Position numbers and translations under genes: made by a program. A stretch of DNA of 61,161 nt, counting the filler, from Basidiobolus ranarum (taxonomy: Eukaryota), in NCBI GenBank assembly GCA_040143965.1. It is 11 parts of 11 records of this genome, joined end to end, with 100 filler letters (N's around TTAATTAATTAA, not from the genome) between each part and the next. Parts side by side here need not be neighbours in the genome. Positions count along the whole stretch, not along the records: positions 44,589 to 50,048 come from JASJQH010001590.1; positions 50,149 to 55,605 come from JASJQH010001591.1; positions 55,706 to 61,161 come from JASJQH010001592.1; 8 more parts are not named here. One strand, written 5' to 3'. Below, piece after piece: positions 46,304 to 59,374 of the stretch (positions are counted from its first letter, which is position 1; each line of letters begins with the position of its first letter). The notes under the pieces are model-generated. The model searched no databases. It was not told where the DNA came from and was given only the letters and a program-made list of their open reading frames with translations.

Positions 46304-46904
46304 GTTGATCGAGTCTAGTAAGCAAAATAATGGATGTTGTATAAAAGCACCCAAGGATCACGGTTGCTCTTTTTATATTCAAATGATGCTAATATGCAAG
46401 CCCGGCGGGAAGAAACGTAGTATACTATTAATCCCACACTTCCAGTAAATCATGTTCTAACTGCATAGATTACCAGATCCATACTCCAACAAAGTACGAG
46501 TCTATTGTATATGCTATGGGTGTACACGATATATTTAGTGACCAATAATCCTCTAAGCAGTCGAAGGGTTAGAAAGGTTTCCAATACATTAGTCATTAAA
46601 GTATGCTGCGCCTTATTGGCGTTTATATGATTTATTCTAGTATTGCTATATCATACATGTACCAGCACAATAGTAAAAACCATTTCTTCAGTGCTACGGT
46701 GGTGGGATTGTGAGACTCTCGGTGCCAGTTCTGTTATGAAACAAGCTTGCTGTTTGATGGAATCTCAAGTGCCACTCTGCAGCTATATCCAGCGCCGAAC
46801 TTTTTAAGGAACAATCATTTTCTCCAGAAGCAATGCTACCTGTATAATGACCTAATATCTGACTCCACTCCATGTCGGACTCCAATCAGGGCTGTTAACG
46901 GCGT

Positions 46905-47762
46905 ATGGCCGGGCTAGTTACTAGAATTTACACTGATCTAAACAGGGCTAAAGATGATGATGAATGTAAAGCCCGAGTGGTTGGATATGCAGCATCTTAT
47001 TTGCTTCTTCTGCTCTGGATTTTCTTCACGTGGACAATAATGTCGAAATCGGGGATCCTATCCCGGAAAAGCAGACTCCTGGAAACACGACTATCATTTC
47101 TAATTATAGTCATTTCATGGAGTGGGCTTGCACTCATGTATGTTATCAAAGTTACACTAATTACCCAAATTCGAATTCCCGGTTTCTTAATTTTTCGGTC
47201 TGGATACATGCTTCTTGGTACAACCTGGACCATTGTACAATACCAAAAGTGCCACCGTGATATCATTGGATTCAGGGATTCCCACGCAATAGGAAACACT
47301 TACTGTAAAACTAATGGCAAGGTGGATAAAGATAATAGCCAGCGTAGCAATAGCAACGGTCGTCTATGGGTACTCTGCAATTTCACTTATCGTGGCCAAT
47401 GAGCTCATTGGGCTAATATTCGCTATTCTTAGATTAAGGGTCAGCAAGTGGATTGGCCAGGAGACGGTTCGACTTAGGCTGCTTCCACGCGTAGAGCTAC
47501 CGATAGGCTGTGTCGAGTCAGGCTAAACTCCCTAGCATTGCTCTGCAACCTGTGGCTCAGGGTGTCGGAAGTGACGGTCAAATGGGTTGTGTCGAAAGTA
47601 TTGATTGTCACAGAGTTCATACCAGCAAGTATAACTACAATGGCGGGCCCCACGTTAAAACTGGTGGTGGGGTTATTTTTACCTGGTAAATTTATCTTGA
47701 TTCACACAATCCTCGTGATGGTTAGGTTAACAACTCGGCATGACGTGTACTCATATTTCTGA
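46905..47762 (+). pseudogene. Possible decayed multi-pass membrane protein gene
   Basis: Three consecutive short hydrophobic ORFs in different frames. No family motif recognised. Confidence 0.2.
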
Positions 47763-49399
47763 AAATGTTATCATGTGGGCCTGCTGGTTAATAAACGTAC
47801 CTGAGCACGACACAATCTATGTTAATAACGCTTCGATATTATCATGACGAAGTCAGTGTTTCTTGATGCTTAGTGGAACATCGATAATTGATTACTCTGG
47901 CATGCTTAGTATGCTGTATGTCGAACTGGATGCCAGCCAGTAACTTACAGACCAAATGCTACATATGAGCGTGGGATATAGCTTATGGAGTTCCTCAAAT
48001 ATCGATTGTTGGTTTTATTGGATAATCGCTAAAAACCACGAACCATGATGTTCTATTTTGGGGAATATTAGGCACCTGATATGGCCAATATTGATAGCAA
48101 TACCGTGATTTTACTCTTCATAAAGAGTGGAAGTTTTGTTTCAACTTAACATCTTACAAAAGTCCACACAATGGCCCAAACTCCATTTGGTTCGTTGACT
48201 AATAGCCTAAAACCCCGGAACACAATGTGCTGCAGTATATAGATGGCCTTCATGCTGGCTGTACACATTACGCAGACTATGTCAAATGTAGTACGCATTG
48301 CTATGTCTAAGAGAAGAGAGTTGTGACATAAAGTCGTGTACCAACTAAATAATCAAGTACAAGGCTTCAGAGTTGTGCCGCTCAATATAGTTGCAAAGCA
48401 GTTCTGGACTAACGTGAATGTTGGGATTAGCAAAGCTTTGTTGTACTGAGTAGATAGAGAGTCCCCCAGGCGGTTGTATTGGATACTCTGTGGGTATCAA
48501 ATATCCCAGCTTCAGAGAGAAAATTAGCGAGTAGTTGTTCCTTGAGATTCCCTAAATAGTGGATGAGGGGTTGATCTTCGTCGTGATCTGTATTACGCCA
48601 AATGATTCAGAAATTAGGCAAATTATCAGCTGAATGAATTTGGGAAATGTCAGGTAGCACGATGTTTTATCATTTCTCATAGAGAATATAAATGGCAACA
48701 TCGCTTGATCACAAAACCGGTTTGACTTTGAGTGGAATTATATCAAATACTGGAGAAAGTTGCGTGTGAGTCGTGGAAGTAATATATCCTTTTATTTCGG
48801 TTCGATTCATGTAGCGTAGTAACCAGGATCTTGGCTTACTCAGGTAATTTCCTACCACAAATATAGCTCAAACTTGAGAAGTAACCGAGTAGAATGGGGT
48901 TGAATGATGTACATACTTAATTTGATTACTGCTCTATGGATATAAAACACGAAAATAGAGAATGTCAAATGCCTATCCGGGACTAGCCGCTATATATAGA
49001 TATCGATATTATCAGAGCATGAAACATGACTGTGATACTCACTGTAACGGGAGGAAAATGTCTCACTTGAATTTCATAGATATCAGTTCGATTCTCTTAT
49101 ATTAAAGCTGCTAAATACTCCATTCATATGCTGTTGCATATTTACTAGGGTATCTCGTGTACAGGCTTTGCATGTATAGAATAGAGAGCCTTGTTGGATG
49201 CTTTCATGACAGTTACTTTTCTGATTGTTGGATCTTAACAGATGAATATACCCTGAGTTTGATTAATTCTTTAAGTTGCTAAATATAATATACTTTTACT
49301 TTTGATGGGCATAAAGTGCAGGCAATAAAAAAGAGCTCAGAGTACCTGTTGGAGTGAAGTTGTTCACTTTAAGGGCAAAGTGGGCTCCTTTGAAAATTC

Positions 49400-49914
49400 T
49401 GCCAAAGTGTTTGGGAGGGTTAGGGTTATATAAAGAGACAAGTTGGTGGTTTTCACTTATTGATTTATTGAGTATTCAGTTGACATTGAAAGTTTGTCCA
49501 GGTGTAAGTAAACTAGCATGAAGAATGTGCCAAGGAAGGTCCCTGGAATATGTGTGCCAAGTTTGGGGCTGCTAGCGCAAGTTTAAAATATCCATATATC
49601 TGAGAACTTCTAAGTTGGTAAAAATATTCTAAATAAATTCTAATTGAGAATAATGTGTAATATCTTAGTAAGATATAAGAAAGCTAAATGTTAAACTATA
49701 TATGATTCTATAGACATTTAGGTAATGCTAATCTGAACACTCTCTCTTAACTAAATAGTCAAATAATCTAATCCTGAGGAAAGTCTAAATTTCTGAAATA
49801 TCTGTCTAGCTAATGGTTTTGTTAATGTATCAACAATCATTTGTTGTGTAGAACAATAAGTTAAGTTAATACACTTGTTCTCTATAGTCTTGTTAATAAA
49901 ATGATATTAGTATC
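49400..49914 (-). mobile_element. Copia family A 3' LTR (49400-49739) with RNase H C-terminus
   Basis: Homologous to 37948-38440. The RNase H is interrupted at 49915 by a family B LTR. Confidence 0.82.
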
Positions 49915-50048
49915 TGTTGGAGGATCTTGACATAATAGGGGTAGACTTTGAGTATTAGAAGCAACTTATGATAGTGTGTTTTAGTTACTTTATTCTTAAG
50001 AGTATATGGTGACTTATATAGTAGAAAAGTAAATCAATTGTTTGAGAT
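49915..50048 (-). mobile_element. Copia family B LTR, 3' part
   Basis: Reverse complement matches 50254-50369 (...ATGTCAAGATCCTCCAACA). Confidence 0.82.
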
Positions 50049-50148
50049 NNNNNNNNNNNNNNNNNNNNNNNNNNNNNNNNNNNNNNNNNNNNTTAATTAA
50101 TTAANNNNNNNNNNNNNNNNNNNNNNNNNNNNNNNNNNNNNNNNNNNN

Positions 50149-50253
50149 AAATTCCAATTGAGAATAATTGATAATATCTTAGTGAATTATAAGATAACTA
50201 AGTACTTAGCTATATATGACTATATAGGTGTTTAGGCAATGCTAATTTCAACA
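50149..50253 (-). mobile_element. Copia family A LTR fragment inserted in the 5' LTR of the family B element
   Basis: Ends in GCTAATTTCAACA (the reverse complement of the LTR-A start), directly abutting LTR-B sequence. Confidence 0.82.
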
Positions 50254-53200
50254 CTTTTCTACCATATAAGCTACCATATACTCTTAAGAATAAAGTAACT
50301 AAAGCACACTATCATAAGTTGCTTCTAATTCCCAAAGTCTGCCCCCCATTATGTCAAGATCCTCCAATATGGTATCAGCAAGTGAATCAGAGTCTTCTTC
50401 CCAAAAGGAGATTACTAATATTCCAACATTCATTGGGGAAGATTTCCAAGAATGGAAATTCAAGATGCAACTTGTGCTTGAAGGGAAACATGTCTGGAAG
50501 TAGTTTAACCAGATGAGGAAGAAGAAACTTCTGAAGAAGAATGTACAGATTCTGACACTGAAACAAAGAAGCCAACAAATCAAGAAGCCAAGGCAACCTT
50601 CAAAGAAAAAGACAGATTGGCATTTAGGGAAATATATCTAAGACTGGGATCACAACAACTTATGCTAGTCAGAGATGCTGACCCTGACAAGAATGCATGG
50701 GAAATCCTAGTGGAATATCATGAGCAAAAAGGGCCAGCTCACTTGATGATGCTACAAAGAAGATTCATGAACTCTTGTATGTCTGAGGATTCAGATATTA
50801 TGACATATATGAATGGTGTCAAGAAACTTGTCCAACAACTGGAATCAGCAAATTATGAAGTACCTGAAATGGAAATAATTCTAACCATGATCAATGGTCT
50901 CCCTGAATCATATTCAGGCCTTGTGCTCACTTTGGAAGCAATTGGGGATAAGCTTTCCCAGCATTATCTAATCACTTGTCTATGTCAAGAAGAGTTATAA
51001 GGAAAGACAAAAGTTAGCATGCAGATTATACAAAAACTTCACAAGCAATTTATTCTCAAAATAGCCAACCAGAGAGGAGCACTGTGAGATATTACAAATG
51101 TGGAAAGCTGGGACAAAGAGCACATTAGTGCAGATCAAAAAAGAAATGGGTTTCAAAGAAAAAGGAAGCATATAGCACCACTAAAAGAGGAAATGAACAC
51201 TATGTACTTATGGCATCATCTAAATCAAGAAATGACTCAGCTGCTGTATAGATTCTGGATTTTGGTGCAAGTTATTATATGTGTCATAATAGAATTATTA
51301 TGCATGACTATAAGGAAACAGAACCTCTGGACATCATGGTAGCTGGAAGAAACAAACTGGTTGCATATGGAATGGGAAAGGTCACACTTGACTTACAAAT
51401 AAGTAAACCCAAAAGTATAATGGTAACCTTGGAAGATGACTTATATATTCCATCATTTAAAACAAATTTGTTTTCAACTGGAGTAATTGAAAAGGAACAT
51501 TATGATGTCAAATTCAGCAAAGGAAAAGCAATCATATACAAATCTAAGGACTTGATAGTAGCAACTGGAACAAGAATTGGGAATCTCTAGGACCTAGACA
51601 TTGCACCAATGACTGAGACTGTTTCTAACTTTACAACAATTACTTCTGAAAACTGGATGACTTGGCATATGTGCTTGGGTCATCTAAGCTATAATTGTGT
51701 GAAACTATTATTAAAAATAGCCTATGTACTGGAATGGATCTTAAGCCCTCAGATATTACTAAATATGAAAGCTGTGTTCAAGGGAAAATCACCAGAACAC
51801 CATTTCCAAAAGAAGGAGCTAACAAAGCCAAAGTTTATTGGATCTTATTCATACAGACTTATGTGGCCTAATGCAAACTCTGACACCAGGTCAGCAACAA
51901 TATTTAATCATCTGTATTGATGATAAATCTCACTTCACAGTTTGATATCTTCAGTCAAGCAAATGAGAAGTATTTCTACATTTCATGATATATGAAGCAA
52001 TGGTTACAACCATAACAGGAAGAAAAATCAAATATGTACACAGTGATAATGGAACTGAATTTAGAAATGAAGCCATGACTAGCTTTTGTCAAAAAAGGGA
52101 ATTCAGCAGCAATTTACTATTCCATTTAGTGCAGAACAAATTGGAATTGCAGAAAGGATGAATAGAACTTTAGTAGAGAAAGCATGTATAATGCTGATTG
52201 ATTCAGATCTGCCTAAGACCTATTAGGGTTAAGCTATGTTGACAGCCACATATCTCAGAAATAGAAGTCCAACATGTAGCAACCATGACTCTAAAGCTCC
52301 TATTGAAATCTGAACTGGAAATAGGCCTAATCTGAATCACCTCAGAATTTTTTGATCAATAATATATGCTCATATTCCTAAGCCTCAGCATAGGAAATGA
52401 GCTAACAAGCACTGAAACCAACTTGGAAATTTATACATTGAAAATAGATACTGAATTAGGCCAAATTCAAAATCTGAAACTATCTATCAACAATACAAAA
52501 TTTAGAAAATGTCACATCTGGAACAAGATCTAAAGCATTAGCCACCAATGATTATAAGACAAAGCTCAAATCATTACCAATCCCTTTGGTGAATATTTCT
52601 AGCAGAAAATCAACAAGCAATAATCCTATATCTAACTTCACTACAAGTACTGAAACCAAGGAGAACAAATTGTTATATGATATTCTGGAATCAAGCAGCT
52701 ATACAAGAAGTGAAACATCAGGCAGCACTCAAAATGCACCAATTTATACCAGAAAACCTGATAATTACTCCAAGGATACTGATAATTTGGAACCAGTTTC
52801 TAGAAATCAGCATATTTTCTCTGCCAATGAAAAATATAGCATCAGGAAAAGGATATTTTTCCAGCCAATACAGAGTCAGGAAATTGTGCTTAGCATGGAG
52901 GCAATAACTTTCTGACCCATCATATAGCTCAGAAATATCCTACTGTCAATTTGGCTGATATTGGATTCAATCAATTATTGGAAGTATGCAATCAATCACA
53001 ACAAGTATTCAATCAATCACAAAATTTAAGCAATCAGGTCTCAGAAATCCTACTGAGTGGAAATCAGAAACATCCTGTAAGTCAAACATCTCACCATTCT
53101 ACCAAGGACTTTGGATGTCTCAAATCAGAGCATGAGATCAGCAGATTCAATTCAGAGAATAGGTGGAATAAATGTGCACATATAGCATTTTCTGAACCAA

Positions 53201-55090
53201 CAAAATTGGACACAAGCTTTGAAATCTGATGAAGTGACAGATTGGAGAAAAGTCATGGATGATGAAATTAACTCCCTAAACAAGAATAACACATGGATCC
53301 TGGTGGACTTACCAACTAGAAAAAAAACTATTGGTAATAGATGGGTGCTGAAACTTAACTCAGATGGATCTATCAAGCAGCACACGGCAAAATTAGTAGT
53401 GAAAGGCTATGCTCAGAAACATGGCATTGACTATGATGAAACATTTTCTCCTGTTGCTAAGTTGGCCACCAGAGTAATCCAAGCCATTGCTACCCACCAA
53501 GGAATACTGATTGAACAAATATATGTCAAGACAGCATTTCTTAATAGAGAAATGGATAAAGATATATACAAGGGGCAACCAGAAGGATATATTTTCAAAG
53601 GAAAAGAACATCCAGTATGCAAACTACAGAGAAGTCTATATGGTCTGAAACAGGCTCCTCACACATGGAATACTAAAATCAATCAGATCTTTGCAAAACA
53701 TCATTTCTATCATAGCAAAGCTGATCACAGCATAGAATTCAATACTATCATAGCCATCAAAGTCATAATTGCTCTCTGTGTTGATGATATCATAATAGTT
53801 AGTAATTGCTCAAATCTGATGAAACACACCAAGACCTGGCTATCTACCAAGTATAAAATGCAAGTACCTGGATATTGCCTTGGAATACAGATACATCAAA
53901 AATCCACTACTTGGACACTCTGTATTACACAAGACAAATATATTGGAGATGTTTTAAACAGATACAATGTATCAGAATGTAAGACAGCTTCAAATCCACT
54001 ATAATATGCTGAAACTCACTAAGGATATGGAACCAAAGACCTCTAAAGATATTAAAATCATGAAACATATTGCATATAATAGTGCTGTTGGAAGTCTCAA
54101 AATATGCACCAATTGGCACTAGGCCAGATATTGCTGCAGCAGTAAGTAATAGTAAGCAAATACATGGAAAATCCTGCAATGGAACATTGGATGGCTGTAA
54201 AACAGATAATATGCTATTGGAAAGGAACCACACATCATGGAATTCAATTTAGTAATCAGTACAACATGTCACTTATATTAGAAAAATTTGCTGATGCAGA
54301 CTGGGCTAATGATACAAAAGATCATAAGTTTAGAACTGGATATGTGTTTAAGCCAGCAGGTGGGCCAATAGGCTGGATTAGCAAGAAATAGCAAACTGTT
54401 GCATTATCAACTACAGAAGCAGAATATATGGCAAGCTCTATGACTGTTCAAGAAGCTATATGGCTAAGGAGTCTTCTCAAGGAACTAGGATATGAGCAAG
54501 GTAGTCCTACCCCAATATATTAAGACAATATTAGTTGTATTCAGATCACCAAAAATCTGGAGCATCACTCAATAATGAAGCATATTGACATAAGACATGA
54601 TCGTATTTGAGAGAAAGTTCTAGACAAAGAATTGAACTTTATTTATGATAATACTGAAAACAAGCGGGCAGATATACTAACAAAACCACTGAAAACTTCA
54701 AGCTTTGAGAAGTAAAGATCAGGAATAGGCATTAGTTAATATAAGGACAATGCTCAATAAGAATTCAGGGAAGGTGTTGGAAAATTAATCTTTATTTAAC
54801 AGCAAAGTTAACTTTAGTTATGATACATATATCAGAAACAGAAAGCAAGGTATCTATAGCCCCTATATTCTGAATAGGAATATTTCTATATATATATAAC
54901 AAGTATGTCTTATAACCCCCACTAATCTATTATATCTTATTAAGCAAACTCCTGAATATCTCAAACATTTGATGTACTTTTCTACTATATGAGTCACCAT
55001 AAACTCTTACAAATAAAGTAACTAAAACACACCATTGCAAATTGCTTCTAATACCAAAATCTACCTGCATTCTGTCAAGATCCTTCAACA
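50254..55090 (+). mobile_element. Near full-length degenerate Ty1/copia family B element
   Basis: Partial 5' LTR to 50369, PBS TGGTATCAG (50370-50378, tRNA-iMet type), gag (GLPESY), protease (WILDFGASYYMC), integrase (HSDNGTEF), RT (SLYGLKQAP, CVDD), RNase H (ADADWA, LSTTEAEY, ADILTKPL), PPT AGGGAAGG, and 3' LTR 54775-55090 (TG...CA). Many stops. Confidence 0.95.
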
Positions 55091-55345
55091 GCAATGTTGT
55101 AAATGGTGAGTTTTGAAAGTAGCCCAAATCAGTTAAGAGTCTTCTTTGCCATATTGCTTCTTTGGTTGATTCACAAGCAGACATGTACACTGCTTCTGCT
55201 GCTAAAAGTTCCAGAGTAGGTTGTTGTTGTGAACTCCAAGAAATTGTTCCAGTAATACAAGCAAGCAAATATTGTTGTGGATGTCTCCTATCTTTAACAT
55301 GTTGGCCCCAATTTGCATCTGGATACCTCATTAGTTCAAGGTTTT
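55091..55345 (-). mobile_element. Copia family A RNase H fragment (target of the family B insertion)
   Basis: YPDANWG..VKDR..ISWSSQQQPT..AEAVYMSACESTKEAIW..LLTDLGY is homologous to 38520-38750. Confidence 0.8.
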
Positions 55346-55705
55346 AAACATAATAGGTGCATTTAAACCCTAACAAAAATAAAATCGATTTGATCCGGAT
55401 CGGATCCACCCTCCGAAATAGCAAAACCGTCAGAGAACCGTCACAATATCGTTGGCTTGCATTCTGCCAGGGATTTTGATGGTGTGACGGCGGCTTCTTG
55501 ACAGTATCTTGGCGGTATTCATACATGTTAAAATATTGATCCTCAAATTTGGCATGCGTTATTCAATATCCAGCAATTTTTGCAAAAATATAATTTTCGA
55601 ATGGCNNNNNNNNNNNNNNNNNNNNNNNNNNNNNNNNNNNNNNNNNNNNTTAATTAATTAANNNNNNNNNNNNNNNNNNNNNNNNNNNNNNNNNNNNNNN
55701 NNNNN

Positions 55706-55813
55706 TGACAAAACTATAAATGTCAACTTTCTACTCAATAAATCAATAAGTGAAAACCACCAATTCCTCTAATTCTCCAAACCACTTCCAACAGGCTCCC
55801 AAATACTTTAACA
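55706..55813 (+). mobile_element. Copia family A LTR, 3' part
   Basis: Nearly identical to 6160-6265 and 5683-5765. Confidence 0.85.
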
Positions 55814-56709
55814 ATAAAAACATTTATTCACAATTACTTTCATCATGGACAAGGGGATCAAATAGAATGAGGGTGCACCAAAATATTTGAAATTGAGATC
55901 AAAAGTTAGTCAAAACAACATTCCAGATTCAAACATTTGGGATTAATGAAACTCATATACAAGAATCTGGCATACTTAGACATACTGAAAGATATTATTT
56001 AACCAAAAGATGCTTGCCCATGGATGTAGTATTTGAGATTTGATTTTCAGTAACATATGTGAGCAATTACTATTAAAGTATTTAGTGAGCATGCTCTGAA
56101 ATCAGTATGTTTTATTTGTTTCTAAAACCTCATCATCACTTCTTTTAACTTACAAAATTCCTTAGCAAAAGCACAGTTGTCTCCATATTTCTCCAAAAGA
56201 ATGAAACATTCAATATAAATAATTCATCTTTACTAGCTGCTGCGAAAGAATATTATTGATAAGATATTGGTTGAGAAATTTTCAAGTGGATTGAATTGGT
56301 TAACTGGCATACCCAGCGTATCGAATAATTATTTTTTGTGGCAATCGTTTATACTCGTCAGGATTGGAAGTCAAATGTAGTGAATTCGAAGCATGGATTC
56401 CAAAAAAAAGCGGGATATCCAAAAGAGTACACCAGTGCCATATATAGATTGATAGACAAATATGGATATCAATCTGTGTCCAATATTATATCATATCCAA
56501 TATTGGATGTGGATGTAGATGTGGGTGTTCTATAATTCACTATAACGGAATCATTGATTGGACTATATAATACCACTAAGCTGGATAACATATATGGCTA
56601 TCCAAGTAGCTTGGAAAGTGTTAAATCTGGGTAAGGTAGTCGAAAAGATCGACTGCCAACGCATCCACAATCCTAGGCTAGATTTCTAGATAGAAGTTCT
56701 TGCCATTCA

Positions 56710-56760
56710 ATTGCACGGTGGAACTCAATACATCAAATCCGGCCGGATCGATATATAAAG
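56710..56760 (+). promoter_or_regulatory. Core promoter block conserved between the MFS paralogs (CGG/CCG triplets plus TATA); second copy at ~59271-59324
   Basis: TTGCACGGTGGAAC..ATCAAATCCGGCCGGATCGATATATAAA versus TTGTACGGAAGAAC..ATCAAATTCCGGGTCCGATCGGTATATAAA. Confidence 0.6.
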
Positions 56761-56799
56761 CCTAGAGATGCACTCGATGCTATTCATATCTCGGTCAAC

Positions 56800-58670
56800 A
56801 TGTCTGAAAAACAAGCTCCATTTGCTGATTCAATACCCAGTGACACAAATGAGCCAATTGAGTGTTTAAAACAGGGTGATCTGGAGCAAGCTAAATCCGT
56901 AGAGGTTTCCTCTAGTCATGATATGCTCCCATTATCTCAATTGATATTAGTATTTGTAAGTCTTGCACTGGCTGTAATACTAGCTGTGCTGGATCGAACC
57001 ATCGTAGCTACGGCTCTACCGAAAATCGCCTCTGATTTCGGTGCATTTGATCAAAGCACTTGGGTGGCTACTGCATATATGCTGACTGCTACAGCTTGTC
57101 AGCCTCTCTATGGAAAGGTAACACTTAAATACTTGATGCTTAAATTGTTACAAATATTCATCGACCCTTCTAGTTTTCGGATATCTTTGGCTGTAAGCCT
57201 ACATTCCTGACCGCTATTATCATCTTCGAAATTGGAAGTGCTTTATCTGGAGCTTCACAATCCATGACTATGCTAATTGTGGCTCGAGCCATTGGCGGTA
57301 TCGGTGGAGGAGGCGGTAAGTATTTTTCTGCGCCATATTACATGTACATGTTATCGATACTCATCTCTTTATAGTTCAGGGAATGATTTTTATCATCATA
57401 AGTAAGATTATTCCGATCAGAGAGCGTGGAAAATATCAAGGGATTCTTAGTGCAATAGTAAGTCAGCATTCATGGATTATGCATACTCGCCCTTAAGGCA
57501 TAGCAGCCGATTCTAATCACTTTCAATTGATCAGGTGGCATTTTCTTCTGTTCTCGGTCCCCTGTTGGGTGGCGTCTTTACAGATGACACTACATGGAGG
57601 TAAACTTCTCATTCTCAATACTACCAGCTTATTACCTCTTACTCATATTCTTCTCGTCTGATAGATGGGCTTTCTATGTCAATCTTCCAATCGGGGTGGT
57701 CACTATCATTGTTGTCTACTTCTTTCTTCATCTACCTATTAAACAAAGCTCTCTCCTTGAGAAAATCAAGCGCATTGATTTTATCGGGACTCTACTACTG
57801 TTGGGCTTCATTATCACACTTCTACTACCTACTCAGTGGGGAGGTAGTACATATCCATGGAACTCGCCAGAAATCATTTCCCTTTACTGTGTCTCCGGTG
57901 CACTTCTGATTGCGTTCATTGTTGTAGAGTATCGTTTCGCTGCTGAGCCGATTGTTCCTTGTCGACTGTTTTCAATGCGTACACCTTTATTCTCATTTAT
58001 TTCAGTATTTTTCTACGGAATGTTTTTCTTTGGTTTGATTTATTATATCCCATTATATTATCAAATTGTTCGTGGAGACTCCGCCATTACTTCTGGACTG
58101 GAGTTGTTACCTATGGTACTTGCAGTGTCTTGTTTTAGTATTGTCACTGGAATTATGATCTCAAAAACGGGTTACATTGTCATCTGGTGTTGGATTGGTG
58201 CAGCTATTATGACTGTCGGTGCTGGATTATTGACAATGTTTGATATTAATACCAGTACCAGTCAACAAATCGGGTTCCTGCTAATAGTGGGAGCAGGAGC
58301 TGGTGGTTGTCCGCAGACTTTGACCTTGTCAGGTCAAGCAGCGGTTGCACGTAAAGATGTAAGCGTGGTCACTGCTTTGTCCACATTCTCACGATCGATT
58401 GGTGGTGTACTCGGAGTCGCAATCTTTGGTTCACTATTCAATAACCAAGTAGCTCGGGGTCTAGAGAACTTGCCATTCCATGTTCCACTTAAAGGTGCTT
58501 CGGAAGGATTTCAATTCATTAACTCCTTCCCTTTGAATGAACGGGGAGAGGTGATAGATGTGTACGTTCATGTACTTCAGACTGTCTTTATGGTGGCAGT
58601 CGGGATGTCAGGAGCAGCATTTCTATTTTCTTTGGGAGTGAAATTGGTCAAAATTGAAAAAACCAAATAA
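56800..58670 (+). CDS. MFS DHA2 (EmrB/QacA-like, 14-TM) efflux transporter 1; join(56800..57117,57174..57315,57375..57457,57535..57599,57665..58670), 537 aa
   Basis: LDRTIVATALP, WVATAYML, QPLYGKFSDIFG, RAIGGIGGGG, RERGKYQG, GPLLGG, WRWAFYVNLPIG and RSIGG. Four GT-AG introns restore a continuous frame. Confidence 0.93.
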
Positions 58671-59374
58671 TTCATTGAAGTAACTCGTTATGCCTCATAT
58701 CTTATGTAATATATGGCTGGATTCCTTGAATATATCGGACATTAATTTAAAGTATTTATAATAAACCCCAAGTTTTTTGCTTCCTTTGAGACTACCAGTA
58801 ATATGATTGATCTCTTTTGTTACAACTTTAGAGTCAGGTCACGCTAAATTATTCTCGAGATCTACCATAACATGATTAAGACATATCTGATATGTAATAA
58901 GATGATTAGATTATCATACACTTCTGATACATAAGCATCTCTGTTACTGCCGCTGATGCATTTTTAGTAGGCGGGATAGGGTAAGCTGTTGGCCCTAACT
59001 GAAGTGCTCTTGTGGGTAAGAGAAACAAATAAGATAGTGACTGATATTCACGTTGTTGAGCTACGCATTCGTGGTAGGAAATGAAATCAGTTCCAATAAA
59101 TATTACAAGTGTTTGAGTAAAGCCTTCCAGCTACTACAAAAATACTTCACTCTGCTAATTTCCTTGACTACTTGAAATACCTTTCCATGTTGCAAAGATA
59201 TTCAGTATACTAATTAATTACCTCATTCACATACGGTCTAGATCATTTTGATTGCTTGCCTTACTATGAGGTTGTACGGAAGAACGCGATTAATCAAATT
59301 CCGGGTCCGATCGGTATATAAATACACTTGTGATGCAAGAAACGCCATCATCGATATACATTCTCTCAATTCTA

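Noticed and set aside
5483-55705. Regularly spaced TTAATTAATTAA repeats resembling an array
   Set aside because: They are artificial six-frame-stop linkers inside N runs, not a CRISPR or a biological repeat.
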